NCBI RefSeq assembly: GCF_964355755.1
Contig: NC_092670.1
Span: 24,786,795 to 24,850,794, forward strand
Length of the DNA: 64,000 bases
DNA from: Antedon mediterranea
Taxonomy: Eukaryota; Animalia; Echinodermata
Direction of reading: 5' to 3'
The notes under the pieces were generated by a model. It had not been told where the DNA came from. It saw nothing but the letters and a program-made list of their open reading frames with translations, and made no database searches. Shown here piece by piece: positions 62,501-64,000 of this stretch. The first letter of the stretch is position 1. Every line of letters starts with the position of its first letter. Position numbers and translations under genes: made by a program.

Positions 62501-64000
62501 AACTCACTTGCGCTAAACGTCATTCCGTTGCGTCCGAATCAAGCTTGACAACACGAGTTATTTGACAAATCACAAGCAACGACTTGTGTTTTTCCTCGCC
62601 TGCGTAAAATCAAATCTGCGATGTCGGTTCTCACTTGTGATTACGCAATACAGCACTTTGCGTCAAAACGTCCCTGCGTTGCGTTGCGTCGCTAGTGGGA
62701 ACCACGCTTAAGAGTCGACGCTTCGATAATTCAAATAACGTGGACGTAGTTTATTATCATCGTTTCTACTACGTACGCGTGTCTGTTTATGTCTGTGATG
62801 ACACAACATAATGTGTGGTTGTATATTAGTTTATTGTAAATGAGCATCAAGTGGTTACAATGTAGCCTACCGACTGCATTATACTTCCATATTGTCGTCG
62901 ACTAGTGTCTCGACAACAGCTTACTAACATTAACATATTTATTTCAATGCTTTTTGTTTATAGTATAGCTCATATAGCATAGATTTTTTTAATGTAAATA
63001 TATATACGTTTCAAATGATATTCAGCAAGATAATTGTTTGCGCTCGTGGGGTCAAAAACAATATTTAGTAATTTCCATTACGAATAATCATCATTAAAAC
63101 AGACAGAAGAATACGATAAATAATATATTAACGCGAGTGGCATAATTACTAATTCTAATTAGCATGTACAGAATTAATGAATACTATTTTTTATCGGTGG
63201 CTTTAGTATTAAATAACTAGTATCGTAATATTACATTTTAATGACTTAATTTAGCTGAGTAGTTTCGTCGATAATTATTATTTTTTGTGATGATATTTTG
63301 ATGATGGCTGTAATGACGATGATGTTAATGATAATGATAATGATGAGTTGATGGAAATGATGATGAGGTTACGATATAATATGACGACGAGGGCACCGTA
63401 ATGATTGTGAAAATGACGAATTAGGATTTATATGAAAATTAACGGTGATAATGTATAACATGAAGTTTTAATGAATTGTTCATACAATAACGTAACAATT
63501 GACACGTACGTCTTAAAGTAACACGTTGCTAATTAAATTAAACACAGATATAGAAATAACAGCTGTATGATGACAATGTAATGTATGTTATAATGATACA
63601 CTATCATTAATCTGATATAGGTCTTACACGGATACAAATTATGCAAAGTACTATTATCTTATGATAATAATATGTAAGCATACTAACACCTCCTAAGATA
63701 CACTATTATTCCCAAGCAAATATGAAGCCTACACGCAATATTAATAATACAACCTTATTTCTAGTCAACGTGTCTGCATAGTGTGCACAGTTTGTGATTA
63801 ATATGATATTGTGAGGTTGAATTTACTTCAAGAAAGTTCACGATGTGGATGATAGGATTTTCTAATACTGTCTTCTTCCTCAGTTAGCCCGTGTTATAAC
63901 CACAGTAGTACACGAGGTGTGGGTATCATAACTATCGGTACAGAGGGCTGGGGATTTATCCGTTTTCATTTTTTTACAGTCCCTTCAGAAGGTACCGTAA

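Overview
AT-rich, intron-containing animal genomic DNA. An invertebrate deuterostome, probably an echinoderm, is my inference from TAGGCCTA enrichment, a Deu/Nin-domain SINE, the GPCR types and vertebrate-like intron positions. I spliced the genes by hand and all phases are consistent: ALYREF/THOC4 (+, 6 coding exons, 262 aa), RhoGDI/ARHGDIA (+, 5 coding exons, 196 aa) and WBP2 (+, 8 exons, 296 aa). Also present are the last exon of a RASD1/2 (Dexras/Rhes) GTPase (-) and two class A GPCRs with intronless CDSs. The rest is non-autonomous DNA transposons (MULE-, piggyBac-, Kolobok-, Harbinger-, Sola3- and TcMar-like, several with TSDs), two LINE remnants, SINEs and minisatellites. I see no rRNA, tRNA or CRISPR, and nothing I can demonstrate to be a wholly new system. 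The best leads are: the ALYREF-ARHGDI tandem, in the same order as human 17q25.3; a structured RNA candidate in the last ALYREF intron; chained uORFs before GPCR1; a recurring TTACTGCAGTAA palindrome clustered downstream of stop codons; a tandem array whose units are hairpins; and a nested, partly duplicated transposon stack.
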